From Callorhinchus milii (lineage: Eukaryota): a DNA stretch of 64,000 bases. This document shows, in pieces, positions 12,338 through 26,464 of the stretch. A model generated the notes under the pieces. That model saw nothing but the letters and a program-made list of their open reading frames with translations. It ran no database searches and was not told the DNA's origin. Made by a program: the position numbers and the translations under genes. The stretch's first letter is position 1, and every line of letters starts with the position of its first letter. Location of the stretch: assembly GCF_018977255.1 (NCBI RefSeq), contig NW_024704743.1, forward strand, positions 33,792,001 to 33,856,000, given 5' to 3'.

Positions 12338-12658
12338 GGAGTCCTGTAGCTCAGTGGTTAGAGCACTTGCTTTGCAAGTGAGAGACCTGAGTTCAATTCC
12401 AGACAGGACGAAACCTTGGGCAAGTTTCCTTACTCCACACAGAGCCTAATAATAATCCCTCCAAAACCAAAAACAATAATAAATTGGTCATTTTCAATCT
12501 ACGACTGTTTGTGGGACATTGCTGTGCGCAATTGGCTGCCGCGTTCGCCCACAAATATACAGTCAATTCACTTTACAGTGTGTTCTGTGAAGCACTTTGG
12601 GACGTCCTCCCGACGTGAAAAGCGCTATATCAAATGCAAGGATTATTATTATTATTAT
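12338..12658 (+). mobile_element. tRNA(Ala)-derived SINE, young subfamily, full length
   Basis: Near-identical to 19222-19537, 28948-29267 and 48627-48944; (TTA)n tail. Confidence 0.95.
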
Positions 12659-15600
12659 AAAATACTATACAGATAAGCACGACTATGCCAATACGCTTAC
12701 TGCACCAATCCTGTAAATACCCAAAAAATGATAAAACTTGCATTTGATATAAAACCCATCACAGGAGGATGTCTCAAAGTGCTTCACAGCATATATTGTA
12801 AAGAGGATGTCTCAAAATGCTTTACAACTGAAGGAAGCTCGAACTCTGGATTGGGGGGGGGGGGGGGAGCTGAGGAAGCAGTGTGTGTGGGTGGGGGTAG
12901 GGGAATGAGGCCGACGCACTCCAGGATAGAGTTCCAGAGAGCGGGTCAGAATGGCTGAAATGGCGAGGCATGTCAGGTGGGGAATACCAGTGGGAACTGA
13001 CCAGAGGGAACAGCCAGGGTGGTATGGTTGCAGGAGGTCCAGAAGTAGACCATAAACCCTCAGTGATCTAACTGAAACCCCCTAACCTAATGATCTTTGC
13101 AATGTACAACAGGATGGCTCAAGATGAGGAGCTCTACAGGAGTAGTCTTTACGTACTGAGGTTATATGAAAGTGAGTGCTGTTTGGCTCTGCATCTAGAG
13201 ACTCTGCAAGTGCAGTATAAAAGTGTCAGAAGCCCATTTGGCTCCACATCACAAGTCTCTGGATCCACGAAGTGAAACAACATTATTCCTAGTTCTAATT
13301 GTTAGTGTGAAGTTAAATCAAATTGTCAAGGCATAGGTTGACTTTAATAGGAGTTTGTGTTGATGGCATCTGAGTTTAATCTGATTGATAGCTCTAGTAA
13401 TATAATAGCATATGAACAGCAATGAATCCCTCAAACGGTAACTTTCATTTAATCCTTTAATCTCCTTAACTATTTTTCTCAAAATCCCTTGTTTCATTTT
13501 ACTTTATTTTAAGACTATTAATTAGGTTTCTATTCAGTATTTTCAGGAACCAGATTAAAAATCATCTTTCTATACCTACACACATGATATCTTTATAGTT
13601 TGGAGATCTTTTTGAAGGCCATCAATAATAACTGGAGTCATTGTGCAATCATTTTCCTTTCTTCTTTAATTAACTATTCTACATGCTGTTTAGTGAAACA
13701 CTGTCAAGACTAGAACCTTTAAACAATTAAATGTGTTTTTTTCATTACAATGATCACAAGTTCAGCTCATAAACCCAATATTTAGCTTTGAATTTAGAAA
13801 CAAAAGGAGTTCTAAATAGGATGTAATGTTAAATGAAATAGAATGATTTATAACAGAGACGTATGCTAGTAATTAAAATCTGTAATTTGTCTCTTGAAAG
13901 GTCTGAAGCTATTGTGAATACATCAAGAGCAGTTTTATCTTTAAACTAATCTATTTTGTTTTCCATTTTTCAACTTATTATACCGAAACAGCTACAGAAA
14001 CTAATATTGCAGCAATGATGTTACTATGTCAGCAGTATAGATTTTATTGTAAGATTTCATACTACTAAACACTTTAAAAATAAAATTGTTTCAGAAGGTT
14101 TTCTGTTCCCATCTTTCCTTTTCCAATTCTTATTTTAAAATTGATTTTTATATTCTAATTTGTATCAGTTGGGACTATTCATATAATATGACTTATGCGA
14201 AGTAATGCTATGTTCAAGTCAGATTTATATGACTAACACACAGCATATATACAAGTATTGTACTGGCCCTGACATTAAGGCAAGGTTTCTGTACCATGTT
14301 TAACCCATGATTATTAAAGCTATGGTAACCCATCCTTTCCATATACAAACTGTACAGTACTGTAACTCGTGCAGAAAACATGTATTGGTCAATGAATGGC
14401 ACAAAACTGTTCTAATAGAATATAAACTCTTACAAAGAACTACAGTGTAACTGAATTATCAATCACTTTTCAAGAAAATGTTAAGTCAGGCATAAACCCA
14501 CAATTCACTCTGTCTGATCTCCCCCTTTCAAAGTCTGTGGTTTCAAATCAAATTTGATTTTTTTTCTTTTGACTGATTTCTTTTTCATTTCAGGATTTGT
14601 CTCACAAAATTGGAGAATCTGGTACTTCTCCTGATATAGGTCCTTGTTACTAATTTGCGTTTAGTTGGGGTATCTGCATTGCCTGAATCCATAATGGCTG
14701 GTCAAAACCTCGTCTTCTGTACGTGTTCACTGTTCTGTACTGTGCACATGGTCCTTCGCCATCACAGCTGTATGTGTGCATTACTTGTCAGGACTTAGGT
14801 TCCTGTGATTGTCTTACATGGAGCATTTTGTATGCTGCTTCAAGGCCAGTAAATGTGCATGCAGTGAAGGGTCCCCATCACTCTCCACATGATCAGACAT
14901 TGTGCCCTAGTACAATGAGCATTTTTTGTTGCTTTCAACCAAAACTAAGTACAAATATATGATACGCAGCACCAACATTTCTTTCAATACAACAAAGATG
15001 TAGATTGAATTTCAGTAACGTTCATATTCTATATGCTCCATACTGTGCTCCTAGTGCCTCATCAGCACTTGAAGAACTTACCATTTCTCAAGATAATCAA
15101 TCTATGGGTGCAGCAGGTATCCATAAATCATAACTTTAAGGAAATACTGCTCTAAGTATTTGATACTGGCGTTTCTTTCAAACTATTATTTTAGTATTTA
15201 AAAGGCAATTTAAGTAACAAATATTCCTGTGCTTTGAGAAGTGAAGGCAAGTTGGATGAACCTAACAAATGAAGCATTGATGAAATGTCATGTTTTGTGC
15301 AAATGGCTTAAAACCAATTCATGTCCTTAAATATGCTTATTGATTTCAATGTGGAGAATTTATTTTCTATTTTCACTTTTTGTGCAACTTTTTTTAGTTT
15401 AATAAATAAAACAATCAATAAAATATTAAAACAAATATTTTAATCATGGTTAACTAAGTGTAAATGCCCACAAAAGATAAGTCTTACAGTATATTCTGCG
15501 AAACGCTTTGGGTCGTCTAGAAGACGTAATAAGACGCTATATCAAATACAAAGATTATTATTATTATTATTATCTTCAACCTTGAGTAATCCTATCATAC

Positions 15601-16459
15601 CATATTTTAATTTGAATGAGGCTGCTGATTAAAAACATCTGCTGAAGTGTTTATATATTATTTATTCCAAGAGTGTTGCCTGGTACTGAGGGCATGCTTT
15701 ATGGATTAAGCTGGCTCCCACTGAGAAGCTGGTCTGTTCTTTGGTGATGCTGTAAAGTTCATAGGAATCATACGTCCAAATACACTTGAATAATTGATGC
15801 AGGATAGTTCCAGCTTCAGCACTGAGTTCCGCAGATCCTATTTTTCCTAGCACAATGCAGCGAAGGTTGACTGAACCAATGTCTCCTGTTATGTATTGCA
15901 CATCTTTACATAAACAATGCTACAAGGGTTCTAAATCAAAAAGGTGGTTGTGCTGAAGTTGATCAGTGTTTCTCAGAAAATATTTTTTGTAGAATGGTAA
16001 AATGTTGGAGATTAGAGGTTCACACATTCAATTAAAAGACTGGTAAATGTTGTTGATGCCCATTTTGGCTGATGCATTGTGTGCTTATTCAAAAGTTTGA
16101 TTTGAATGAAGCTACACATTGAAAACACAGCAGTACATAAATTAATTAGTTTATGAAACTGGTGGAGCCTAGCTTGGTTTTAAATAAAATTCATTCCATT
16201 TTTCTTATTTACTTTTAAGGAAAAATAATAAGCATTGTGATACTGAATACCTGGCATTGTGTGAAACTGCTCATCATCCCCCAAATCCCTTGTGTAGTGT
16301 CAAAGTTATATTTGTGTTTGTATCTTATCTTAAATACAATTCATTTTCCAAATGAATCATGGAAATCGCATAACTATTCAGTTCTAAAACTCTGCAGGAA
16401 AACCAAATTAAAATGTTTTGTATAATGAACATCAATTAGAAGTAAACAAAATACATCAC

Positions 16460-16890
16460 TAAATTACATTTTTACAGTGTCTTTCACGTCGTGAGGATGT
16501 CCCAAGGCGCTGAACAGTCAGGAATTTGGATCCGAGCGGTGGGGGTGGAGGGGGGTTGGGATAAGGGAGGGTGAAGGGAGGGAAAGTAGGAGGATGGCAA
16601 AAGGCACAGTTGAAGAGGAGGGTCTGAAGGAGACAAGAAAGAGAGCGAGGTGAAGGGAATGTGGGATGGAGTTTCAAAGGGTGGGGGCGGAGAGGCTGAA
16701 GGCCCAACCCCAATGGTGGGACGGGCTGGACGGGGGATGTAGAGCAGGCTATAGCCTACTGAGTGGAGGGAGCAGACAGGTTGATAAGGGGTTAACAGGT
16801 CACAGAGGTATGAAGTGGCAAGGCCATGGAGTTGGCGTAGTCGAGCCTAGATATGGTGAATGCGTGAATGACAGTTTCTGCGGCCCAAGA
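16460..16890 (-). mobile_element. L2 LINE 3' fragment
   Basis: Reverse complement of L2 3' end, internally deleted. Confidence 0.75.
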
Positions 16891-17375
16891 GATGCCCAAG
16901 CCTTGGTTCTTGCCAACCTGTACTCAATGCTTTCCGGAATTAGGGAGCGTGTGCATTCCATTGCAACAATCTATCTCTGGGATTTCCATATGTAAGGTTG
17001 CATGGAAATCTCAGTTTGATTTGGATACTCTTAAGCACGGTGATGGGTTTCCGCACGTGTCAGACACCCAGCTGACTCCCCCCCCCAAAAAAAATGACAA
17101 TGCATGGTTAGGAATTTCCATTTTCAATGTTCTCAAAATGTATTACTCTTCCTAGGCTCCAGAACTGCCTAAATCCCTGCTTCAGAATGGGAACATTTAA
17201 TAATACATCTTTCTCTTAGTAAAAATTGATATCCCTAAATAAAGTTATTGAGTGCAAGAAAATTAGAAAGCTGCGGATTTTGAAAATAATAGACAATCTT
17301 CGAAAGAGCAGTAAAAGTCTTTCATATAAAGTTGAGATATTAAAGGACCTCTACATTTAGGAGCTCTAAAAGCGC

Positions 17376-18940
17376 TCAAAAGCGAAGGGAAGGGAGGGAA
17401 AGGGGGTGACCGATAGCATGGTCGAAGAGGAGGGTCTCTAAGTGGGACTTAAAGGAGGCTAAGGAGGGGGCGAGGCGGAGTGATTGGGGGATGGAATTCC
17501 AGAGGTTGGGGACAGAGTGGCTGAAGGTTCTCCCACCAATGGTGGGTCGGGGATGTGGAGCAGGCCGGAGCCGGCTGAGCGGAGGGAGCGGGTGGGTTGG
17601 TAGGGGGTTAGGAGGTCGCAGAGATAGGGTGGGGTGAGGCCATGGAGGGCTTTGTAGGTGAGGACCAGGATCTTGAACTGGATCCTCTGAAGGATAGGGA
17701 GCCAATGGAGTCGGGCGAGAATGGGGGAGATGGGGTCGCGGAGTCTGGTGCGGGAGAGGACACGGGCTGCAGAGTTCTGGATTATCTGCAGCCTGTAGAG
17801 GGAGGAGTTGGGAAGGCCGACAAGCAGGGCATTTGCATAGTCGAACCTGAAGGTGATGAAGGCATGAACAAGAGTTTCAGTGGCCTGAGGGGTGAGGTAG
17901 TGGCAGAGTCGGGTGATGTTACGGAGGTGAGGGAAGGCAGAGCGGATCATGGCTTGGATGTGGGGAAGAAAAGATAGTTGAGGGTCGAACAAGACACCGA
18001 GGTTCCTGATGGCTTGGTGAGTTGAAGTGTGCAACATGGAGGTTGATGACAGAACCTGAGGTGCAGAGGCGCTGGCGCGAGCCAATCAGGAGGGCCTCAG
18101 TCTTGTTCACATTCAACTGTAGGAAATTTCCCCTCATCCAGGACTTGATGTCCGACAGACAGTCTGTCAGGACAGCAGTGGTCCTGGAGTTGAGGGTGGA
18201 GGCAGAAAGATAGAGTTGGGTGTCATCCACATACATATGGAAGTTGACCCCATGTCTGCGGATGATGTCACCAAGGGGGAGCATGTAGATATTAAAGAAG
18301 AGAGGGCCAAGGACAGAGCCCTGGGGGACGCCAGACATGACAGTGCGGGGGCTGGAGGAGAAACCGTTAAAAGGCAACAAAGTGGAGATGGTGAGAGAGA
18401 TAGGAATCGAACCAGGCAAGGGCAGGTCCCCAAGGATTAAGTAAAGAGGAGAGGCGGTGTATGTGGATTTAGTGGTCGACAGTGTTGAAGGCGGCAGAGA
18501 GGTCAAGGAGGACAAGGAGGCAGAGGGAGCCCTGATCACAGATGTTCAGAATGTCATTAGTGTCTTTGACCAGGGCTGTTTCCGTGCTGTGGGCATCGCG
18601 GAAGCCAGATTGGAGGGGTTCAAAGAGGGAATGGCGAGAAAGGAGCAGAGCTGGGACGAGACGATTCGTTACAGGATCTTGGAGAGGAATGGGGGGTTAG
18701 AGATGGGGCGGTAGCTGGAGAGAAGGGATTGGTCCAGGGAAGGTTTTTTCAGGAAGGGGGTGATGACGGCTGTTTTTAGGGGGGTGGGAACTGAACCAGT
18801 GGACAAGGAGAGGTTGATGACGTCGGACAGGAGAGGGGCCAGAAGGTGGAGCTGGGAGATGAGGAGACAGGTGGGGATGGGATCGAGGGAGCAGGTGGTG
18901 GGTTTGACAGCAAATAGGCTGGTCTGAAGTGGCAGCCCCT
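17376..18940 (-). mobile_element. L2 LINE ORF2 (reverse transcriptase) remnant, ~1.5 kb, frameshifted
   Basis: Overlapping minus-strand ORFs contain [26 protein letters not shown] and LHWLPILQRIQFKILVLTYKALHG. Confidence 0.95.
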
Positions 18941-19221
18941 ATACGTGAATAGAACTGGTAGCTCTTCTCGATCAGTGACATGACCAGAGCAATCAAGAAG
19001 AGCACTGAACTGGAAATGATGGAAAAGGTTTGGACACGATTTTGTAAAGGTGTATGATGTATGTACTGATGGTTTGGGAAGGGATTCCCCACTTCAATTC
19101 AAAAGGTTCTGACATTCCTCTGCAGTAAGAAATTTGAAGTGTTGCTTCTTAAGTTATCTTAACTAAGCTATCACCACATTTTTTTCAGATATACTGTACA
19201 CTAGAAGAGTACTTTGAATAA

Positions 19222-19537
19222 AAATAATAATAATCCTTGCATTTGATATAGCGCTTTTCACGTTGGGAGGACGTCCCAAAGCGCTTCACAGAACACACTG
19301 TAAAGTGAATTGACTGTATATTTGTGGGCGAACGCGGCAGCCAATTGCGCACAGCAATGTCCCACAAACAGTCGTAGATTGAAAATGACCAATTTATTAT
19401 TGTTTTTTGTTTTGGAGGGATTATTATTAGGCGTGTGGAGTAAGGAAACTTGCCCAAGGTTTCGCCCTCTGCCTGGAATTGAACTCAGGTCTCTCACTTG
19501 CAAAGCGAGTGCTCTAACCACTGAGCTACAGGACTCC
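19222..19537 (-). mobile_element. tRNA(Ala)-derived SINE, young subfamily, full length
   Basis: Reverse complement of 12338-12658 with few differences. Confidence 0.95.
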
Positions 19538-20605
19538 TGGACGGTAGTCCCATTCACCTTTCCTATAGTTCTATCATTAAAAAAGGTTTAACTTTATTTC
19601 TCCAGCAGTTTTTCCCCCTTTTCAAAAAAACATCATTAATGGCTGGCATACGATTTTAGGTGGTTATTTTAAGTTAGCAAATGTCTGTGAGCCCCATCAG
19701 ACCTTTCCTTGTATTGTGCAAAATCATAGAAACGGGTTGGAAATGGTCTTGGGCCAGAGACCGCCTGTTGGGTTGCTCTGATATAAAACAAAGTTTCAAA
19801 GCGTTCAACAACAATCAGGGAAATAGGTTTAAAAATGTTGACCAAAGATAACTAAAGATGCGTACTTAGGAGTTTTTTAAAACAAGCAACACGGTAGTAA
19901 GATTTTCTAAAAACAGAAAGGATGACTGAAGCTGCTTTTAAAGTTCACATTTGAGCATTCATGCCACATAATAGCATGCTCATCACTTTCCTGTAGTGCT
20001 AAGAGGGAAAAAATATTTCTGTTGTACACAACAGTACAGTAATTCCAATAACTATAGAGTTGGTTGGAGTAGCACAAATGTTTTAAATATCAGCTTCCCA
20101 AGATGATTTTAATACATACAAGCACTGGAATTCCCCTTATTAAAAAGGCAAGACTTCATTACATTCCTTACATTGCAGTAAATTTGAAATTTATAGCACA
20201 CTCGACTGCACTAATGTAACAAATGTAATAATTCCAAGTCATTCCTATGCCTTTGAGCAAGAATGTCAGATTAGCATCAATCGTGTAGGTTTATGGGCAA
20301 TTATGTGCAGTGGACACTCATTTCACAAAGGACACTTGAAGCAATCAAGGAACACAAAAGCAGTAGTATCTCTATTAATATTAATCCAAATCAATTTAAT
20401 CTCAGATTTATTAAAAATAGTGTACAACCATGCAAGAAAATTGGAAAATGTACATGCATAGTTAGTATGGAAATGTGGAACTCTCAGTCTGGTTTGGATA
20501 CTTTTAAGCATAGTAATAGATTTCTGCCAGTGTGGAACACCTGGCCGACCAAAGTAAAGCAAGGCAAAAAAAAGCCAAACTCCCCCAAATACTCATTGGT
20601 TAACT

Positions 20606-20977
20606 CACTGGTTCTTAAACTGGGAGCCGCGAGATAGTTTCAGGAAGGGGGCCAGGGGGCAATCACAGTCCTTGTTCCCTGTGCACCAGTCACACCCCCG
20701 CAGCTCTGAAACCGTACGATACTCGCTGAAATCAGGTCAGTGGTTGCCAAAGGCGGGTGAGGTGAGAGGAGTTTTCTCATTAAGTATGCAGAACCCAGAG
20801 TTTGTGTGATATCTACATTGTCAATATAAGCATTACTTTATTTTCTTTAATTCTTTTTAAATGTTTGCAATTAAAGAAAGGCACTCAATTTCTATGGATT
20901 TATCACGTGGGGGTCCTCAGCCAGGATGCCTAATGTCATGGGGGGGGCCTTGAGCCCAGATAGTTTGGGAAGCCCTA
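20606..20977. mobile_element. hAT (Charlie-like) MITE
   Basis: Imperfect TIRs CACTGGTTCTTAAACT / TAGGGCTTCCCAAACT; 8-bp TSD ggttaact (20598-20605) / gattaact (20978-20985). Confidence 0.7.
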
Positions 20978-21630
20978 GATTAACTGTTAATGCTGACATG
21001 AGCAATTCACATAAACACAGTACAGAACATTAATTCTGCCAGCCACCTTATGCTGGTTCAGATCATGCTTGAATTGCTCTCTCATACTTTCCGTAAATAA
21101 GGACTAAATGTACACAAAAAAGTTACCAAAATGACACAGTGATATAGCTTGGATTTTTCTTCTCCCCCTTTCTCTTTTGTCTTCCCCCAATCAAAACTAT
21201 AAGGTTACATTTCTTACATTTCCATTCTTCACAGTGAAATTCAATGTTTGTTTAGTTTTAAGCTTCTTGTAAGACCTACTGGAAACAATGGTGAAAATCA
21301 TGTTTATTTATTACCATTAGTATTTGCCAAAGAAATGTGACAGTCAACACTTGACCCAGCAGTTATCGTACTACTTGGTTTCCAGAGTGCACAAGAGCAA
21401 TATTTCTAGTTTACTGCACTGTCTAGACACCAACAAGGTATGAATTATGCCTACATACAATCATTGTTTATCACAAGACTTGGTTTGATAAACTGTTCAA
21501 CTCAGTAGTGTTAACTTACCGTTGAAATGAAGTTTAGTGCATTAATTATGCAACATTAACATATCAGAATTGAAGGACAAAGCAGAAATGTAATGGGAAA
21601 TAATCCATTCTCCCACGCTTAAATTCATTC

Positions 21631-21989
21631 CAATATAATAATAATGCTTGCATTTGATAAAGCGCCTTATTACGTCTTTGAGATGTCTCAAAATGCTTCA
21701 CAGAATATACTGTAAAGTGAACTGACTGTATATTTTGTGGGCGAAATGCAGCAGCCAATTGTGCACAGCAGTGTCCCACAAACAGTCGTGGATTATTTTA
21801 TTTTTGAAGGAATTATTACCCCCGGAAAAGCAATCCGCCAATCGACTAACAACCAGATTCCTACTTACTGCTAGGCAAACAGAGGTGGGTGGAGTAAGGA
21901 AACTTGCCCAAAGCTTCACTCTGCCAGGAACTGAACCCAAGTCTCTCACTTGCAAGGCAAGTGTTCTAACCACTGAGCTACGGGACTCC
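21631..21989 (-). mobile_element. tRNA(Ala)-derived SINE, long-form subfamily
   Basis: Same head and tail as the young SINE plus an extra central segment (ctagcagtaagtaggaatctggtg...). Confidence 0.9.
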
Positions 21990-22179
21990 ACTGTAGCTCA
22001 GTGGTTAGAGTCATATCTCAGTTAATGGAAAACTCGAGGATTTGAAAAGCAATCATTTCAATACTATTCACCATAATTGCTGCTAGTAAATGTATTTATT
22101 TACTATCCTCTATGTCCTTAAGTAAGATATTCTGTCTGGAGATATATTGTCTAGCACTCTAACAAAATGAGTGCATTAA

Positions 22180-22600
22180 ATAATAATCCTTGCATTTGGT
22201 ATAGTGCCTTATCACGCCATCGAGATACCTCAAAGTGCTTCACAGATTGTACTGTAAAGTGGATTGACTGTATTTTGTGGGTGAAATGTGACAACCAGTT
22301 TGCGCACAGCAGTGTCCTACAAACAGCAATGGAGTGAGTGATCAATTGTATTTAGGAGATTTGTTGGCCAGGACATTGGGAGAAACTCCCTTCTCTTTTC
22401 AAATGGTGCCATAAGATCTTTAACATCCACCTGAAGAGGCAGACGGGCCCTCGATTTAACGTCTCATCCGAAAGACAACATCTCCGACAATGCATCACCC
22501 GCACACCCCCACCCCTCCCCAGTACTGCATTGGCGTTTCATCTTAAGGCTGTGTGATACCAAGTCTTGACGTGGAGCTGGAACCCACAACCTTCAGACAA
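22180..22600 (-). mobile_element. Older DeuSINE/SacSINE-like SINE
   Basis: Reverse complement of the core shared with 57535-57955 and 6122-6510. Confidence 0.75.
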
Positions 22601-22609
22601 CGAGTAAGC

Positions 22610-23468
22610 GTGACGCACGCATTTGTAGTTAATATATTTCAGAGGCTAGCTCCCTCTATCCTCATATCAAGCACCAAGTGCAAAGAGGTCCTAGACTTCT
22701 TCACCTCAAAGAATGAAAACATCCGCTTGGCGGCGTCTTCCTCTCCCCACCATGTCCCCTTTCACCCCACTCAGACTATCCACACTGCCTTCTCCGCCAC
22801 AGCTCCTGCCACTCCCCACTCCTTTGCCCCCATTTCTCCCTCCTCCTTCTCAACCACAATCACCCAGATGAAGTTGTTGCCTCGACCCCTCCCTACCCAG
22901 CTGCTGGTCAATCAACTCCCCCTCCCGCACCCCCCACCCCCACTAGCTGATACTGTCAACCAGTCTCTCTCCTCAGGTTCTCTTCCACTCCCCTTGAAAA
23001 CCGCTGTTATCACACCCCTCGTCAAATAACCCACCCTCAATCCCTCTAATCTTGCACACTACCATCCCATTTCCAACCTACCCTTCCTTGCTAAAGTCCT
23101 GGAACGCATTGTTGCAGGTCAACCTCGGTCACACCTCTCCCTCCACTCGCCCCTCAAGCCCCTGCAGTCTGGTTTTTGCCCTGCCCACAGCACAGAGACA
23201 GTGCCTGTCAAAGTCACAAACAACATTCTCTCTATCTGCGGCCAGGGCTCCCTCTGCCTCCTCATCCTCCTGGATCTCTCTGCTGCATTTGACACAGTTG
23301 ACCACGCCATCCTCCTCCACCACCTCTCCCCCCTTATCCACCTTAGGACTCGAACCAGTCATTCGCATGGTTCGAGTCCTACTTAACCAACCCATTCCAC
23401 TTCATTTTGGCAAATGGTTTCTCTTCCTGCCCCCGCCCGTCATCTGCAGGGTACCCCAGGGCTCCATC
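22610..23468 (+). mobile_element. L2 LINE ORF2 fragment (N-terminal RT region)
   Basis: Frameshifted motifs [49 protein letters not shown]. Confidence 0.9.
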
Positions 23469-23945
23469 GAGAAGTTTGTGCTCATCCAGGCCCTGATGCC
23501 TACCAGACAAGCTGACAGAATATCGGGGGACTGCAGTCACAGTTGGAGGAGGAGAATAGATTTTTGTCCATGTCTGCAGATGACATCGCCAAGAGGGAGT
23601 ATGTAGATGAGGAAGAGGAGGGGGACCAAGGATGGAGCCCTGAGGTACTTCACAGTTGAGCCGGTGGGGGCGAGAGGAGAAGCTGTTCGAAGAGTCAAAG
23701 TGAAGGTGCCAGGTAAGACTCGAACCAGGTGAGTGTGGTCCCAATAATGTGGATGAGGATGGAGTGGTTGACTGTGTTGAATGTGTCAGAGAGGTCCAGG
23801 AGGACAAGGAGAAAGAGAGGTCACAGAGAGAGCGAACGTCATTTGTGATCTTCACCAGCATCATCTCTGTGCTGTGGGCAGAGAGGAAACCAGACTATAG
23901 GGGCTTGAGGAGGGAGTGGAGGGAGCATGTAGATGAGGAAGAGGT
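23469..23945 (-). mobile_element. L2 LINE ORF2 fragment, inverted relative to the neighbour
   Basis: Minus strand LVKITND, LDL..FNTVNH, EVPQGSILGP motifs. Confidence 0.85.
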
Positions 23946-25694
23946 GGGGGCCAAGGAATCCACCCTAGTTACCTTAGTATCAAGAGTAAAATGCATACTG
24001 AGAACAGAAGAATTGACAAGAGAATTGACATATCTTCTCTCCCCCCAAAAAAAAATTATTATGACTTCAGGGAAGTTCATACTGTTGTCCCCAAAATATA
24101 CACACTATTATTATAAGGCCCTACAAATAGATGATTGAATTGGCCAAGGCGCAAACAAACAGGAAAGTCTATTTTTTTTGTAGGCATATGTCAGGCTTGA
24201 ATATCTATCAGTGGCAGGAAGACTCTTCAGGAAGAAAGATAATGCTCTGATAAGTGCTGACAATGCATCGGTTTGCTCCACATTACCGTTTTATATGTGG
24301 TCATTAATTACTCAGAATGCACTTACTATATTCTCTTGCTGGCATTGCTTCTTAAAATCCAATCAACTGTAAAATATCCTTTATATAATCAGGTAACACT
24401 ACTTTTCAAAAGATGAAAACAAACAAAAATTACTTATCCACAATCAGTGGATAGTTTTACATGAGAATCTGATACAGGTTACTTCTAATGATGTAAATAT
24501 TCCCAAGTAGTAATGGTTTCACTATTTTGTTCTGGGAGTAATATTGATTCCATTAAAAAAAATCTATGTTGTAACTTTAGTGTAAAGTGACATGCTGTGG
24601 GCATATTATTGGAATGGCATAGAGAACATTTCTGGAGTCATTACTGTCAGAAAGAGTAGTTGCCAGTAGGTAAAGAATGTGATTAGATGCTGTCTGATGC
24701 AAAGAGCACGCAGAGACCAGAAATTGTGCAGAAAGGTCACCAACATCCCGAAGGTGTATTAAAAGCAAGAGATTTAAAACGCTTTGGTGGAAGACAATCA
24801 ATGCAATGACTTCCTGTCACTAGTCACACTGGTTTGCAATACCACAATGGGGTCATTCAAATGCAATTCCATTTGAATACAATATCAACTATACATCAAT
24901 TTGTGAATATAAGCAAATGCTGAGATAGCTGAAGTTCTAGCATAAATGACTGAATACTGATTGCCTGGAAATAAAAAATTAAGTTGCATATAAAGCAACA
25001 CTGAGGTCATCCAACAAGTATGCTTTGTTTAAATCTAAATCAAACATACAAAAATACAAATGTTTTCAATAACCTAATCGCTAGGTTTTCAGTTTAGAGC
25101 ATCGAAGGCTTGTGCCAGATTTTCCCACCTCAGGCAGGGACTGAACACATTTGAAATGTAAAATCTCCAAAACCTAGACGCGCCCCCCAAACCCCCATGA
25201 ACTGTTTTTTAAAAAAAGGTTCATGGGGACGGATGGAACGGAGTGATGACTCATACAAAAAACATCAAAAAAAAATTTCACTGTCCCCCTCACCCCCCCA
25301 TTAGAAAATGTAGAGCTTCATCCATAACCCCCCCCCCATGTAGTGTACTTGTTTTAATTACTCCACTGTAAGCACTGTCAAGTAGTGGCCTATTACTTCT
25401 CAAAGAAGTTGGGCGGGTGCGGGGGAGGTAGTATTGTATTATAGTTTGCATTAATACTACAGTTGATATTCTCCATTGGTCCTGAATTAAGTCATGCGAT
25501 TTAATTGGAATTCCTTGTTTTTTCTCACTGGACAGCTGAAGAGTAAAGAGGATGAACCACAGCTCTGTCATCCCATAACTGAACACAAGATTAGGCCCAA
25601 ACAAATATATGGACAATAAATCTGCTGAGGGCGAATGAGAATGGAAGGTAGGCCTCAAAACAGCATATTATAAGTACAGTAGATCTACAATAAG

Positions 25695-26330
25695 ATTACA
25701 TTTGCATAGCGCCTTTTACATTGGGAGTACGTCCCAAGGCGCTGGACAGTGTACGCATTTCAGACCCGAGCTGGGGTCAGGGGGGAGAAGGGGGGGAGGG
25801 GAAGGGAGATGACCAATGGCATGGTCGAAGAGGAGGGTTTTGAGGCAGGACTTGAAGGAGGCTAAGGAGGGGGCGAGGTGGAGTGATTGGGGGATGGAGT
25901 TCCAGAGGTTGGGGCAGAGTGACTGAAGGCTCTACCGCCAACGGTGGGGCGGGTGGGTCGGGGAACGTGGAGCAGGCCAGAGCCGGCTGAGCGGAGGGAG
26001 GCGGGCGGGTTGGTAGGGGGTTAGGAGGTCACAGAGGTAGGGTGGGGCGAGGCCATGGAGGGCTTTGTAGGTGAGGACCAGGATCTTGAACTGGATCCTC
26101 TGAAGGATAGGGAGCCAATGGAGTCGGGCAAGAATGGGGGAGATGGAGTTACGGAGTTTAGTGCGGGAGAGGACACGGGCTGCGAGTTCTGGATTATCTG
26201 TGGAGGGAGGAGTTGGGAAGGCCGACAAGCAGGGCGTTTGCATAGTCGAGCCTGGAGGTGATGAAGGCATGAACAAGAGTTTCAGCGGCCTGAGGGTTGA
26301 GGTAGTGGCTGAGTCGGGCGATGTTACGGA
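25695..26330 (-). mobile_element. L2 LINE 3' portion
   Basis: LARLHWLPILQRIQFKILVLTYKALHGLAPPYLCDLL; very similar to 17400-17930. Confidence 0.92.
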
Positions 26331-26464
26331 TCTAACCCACTTTCTGCAAATTCTGTTAGTCAAAACAGAGGATGGAATAGCTATTTTCAGCAAAAAAAGA
26401 GGGCACTGGCAGTAGTTTACAAAGATAGCACAAAATGTGATTGTTATATGCATGTGGTATTGCA

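Noticed and set aside
12416..12676. Recurrent ORF MGKFPYST...KCKDYYY (also 19185, 28986, 48579) as a small gene family
   Set aside because: Translation of the young SINE; similarity reflects repeat copies
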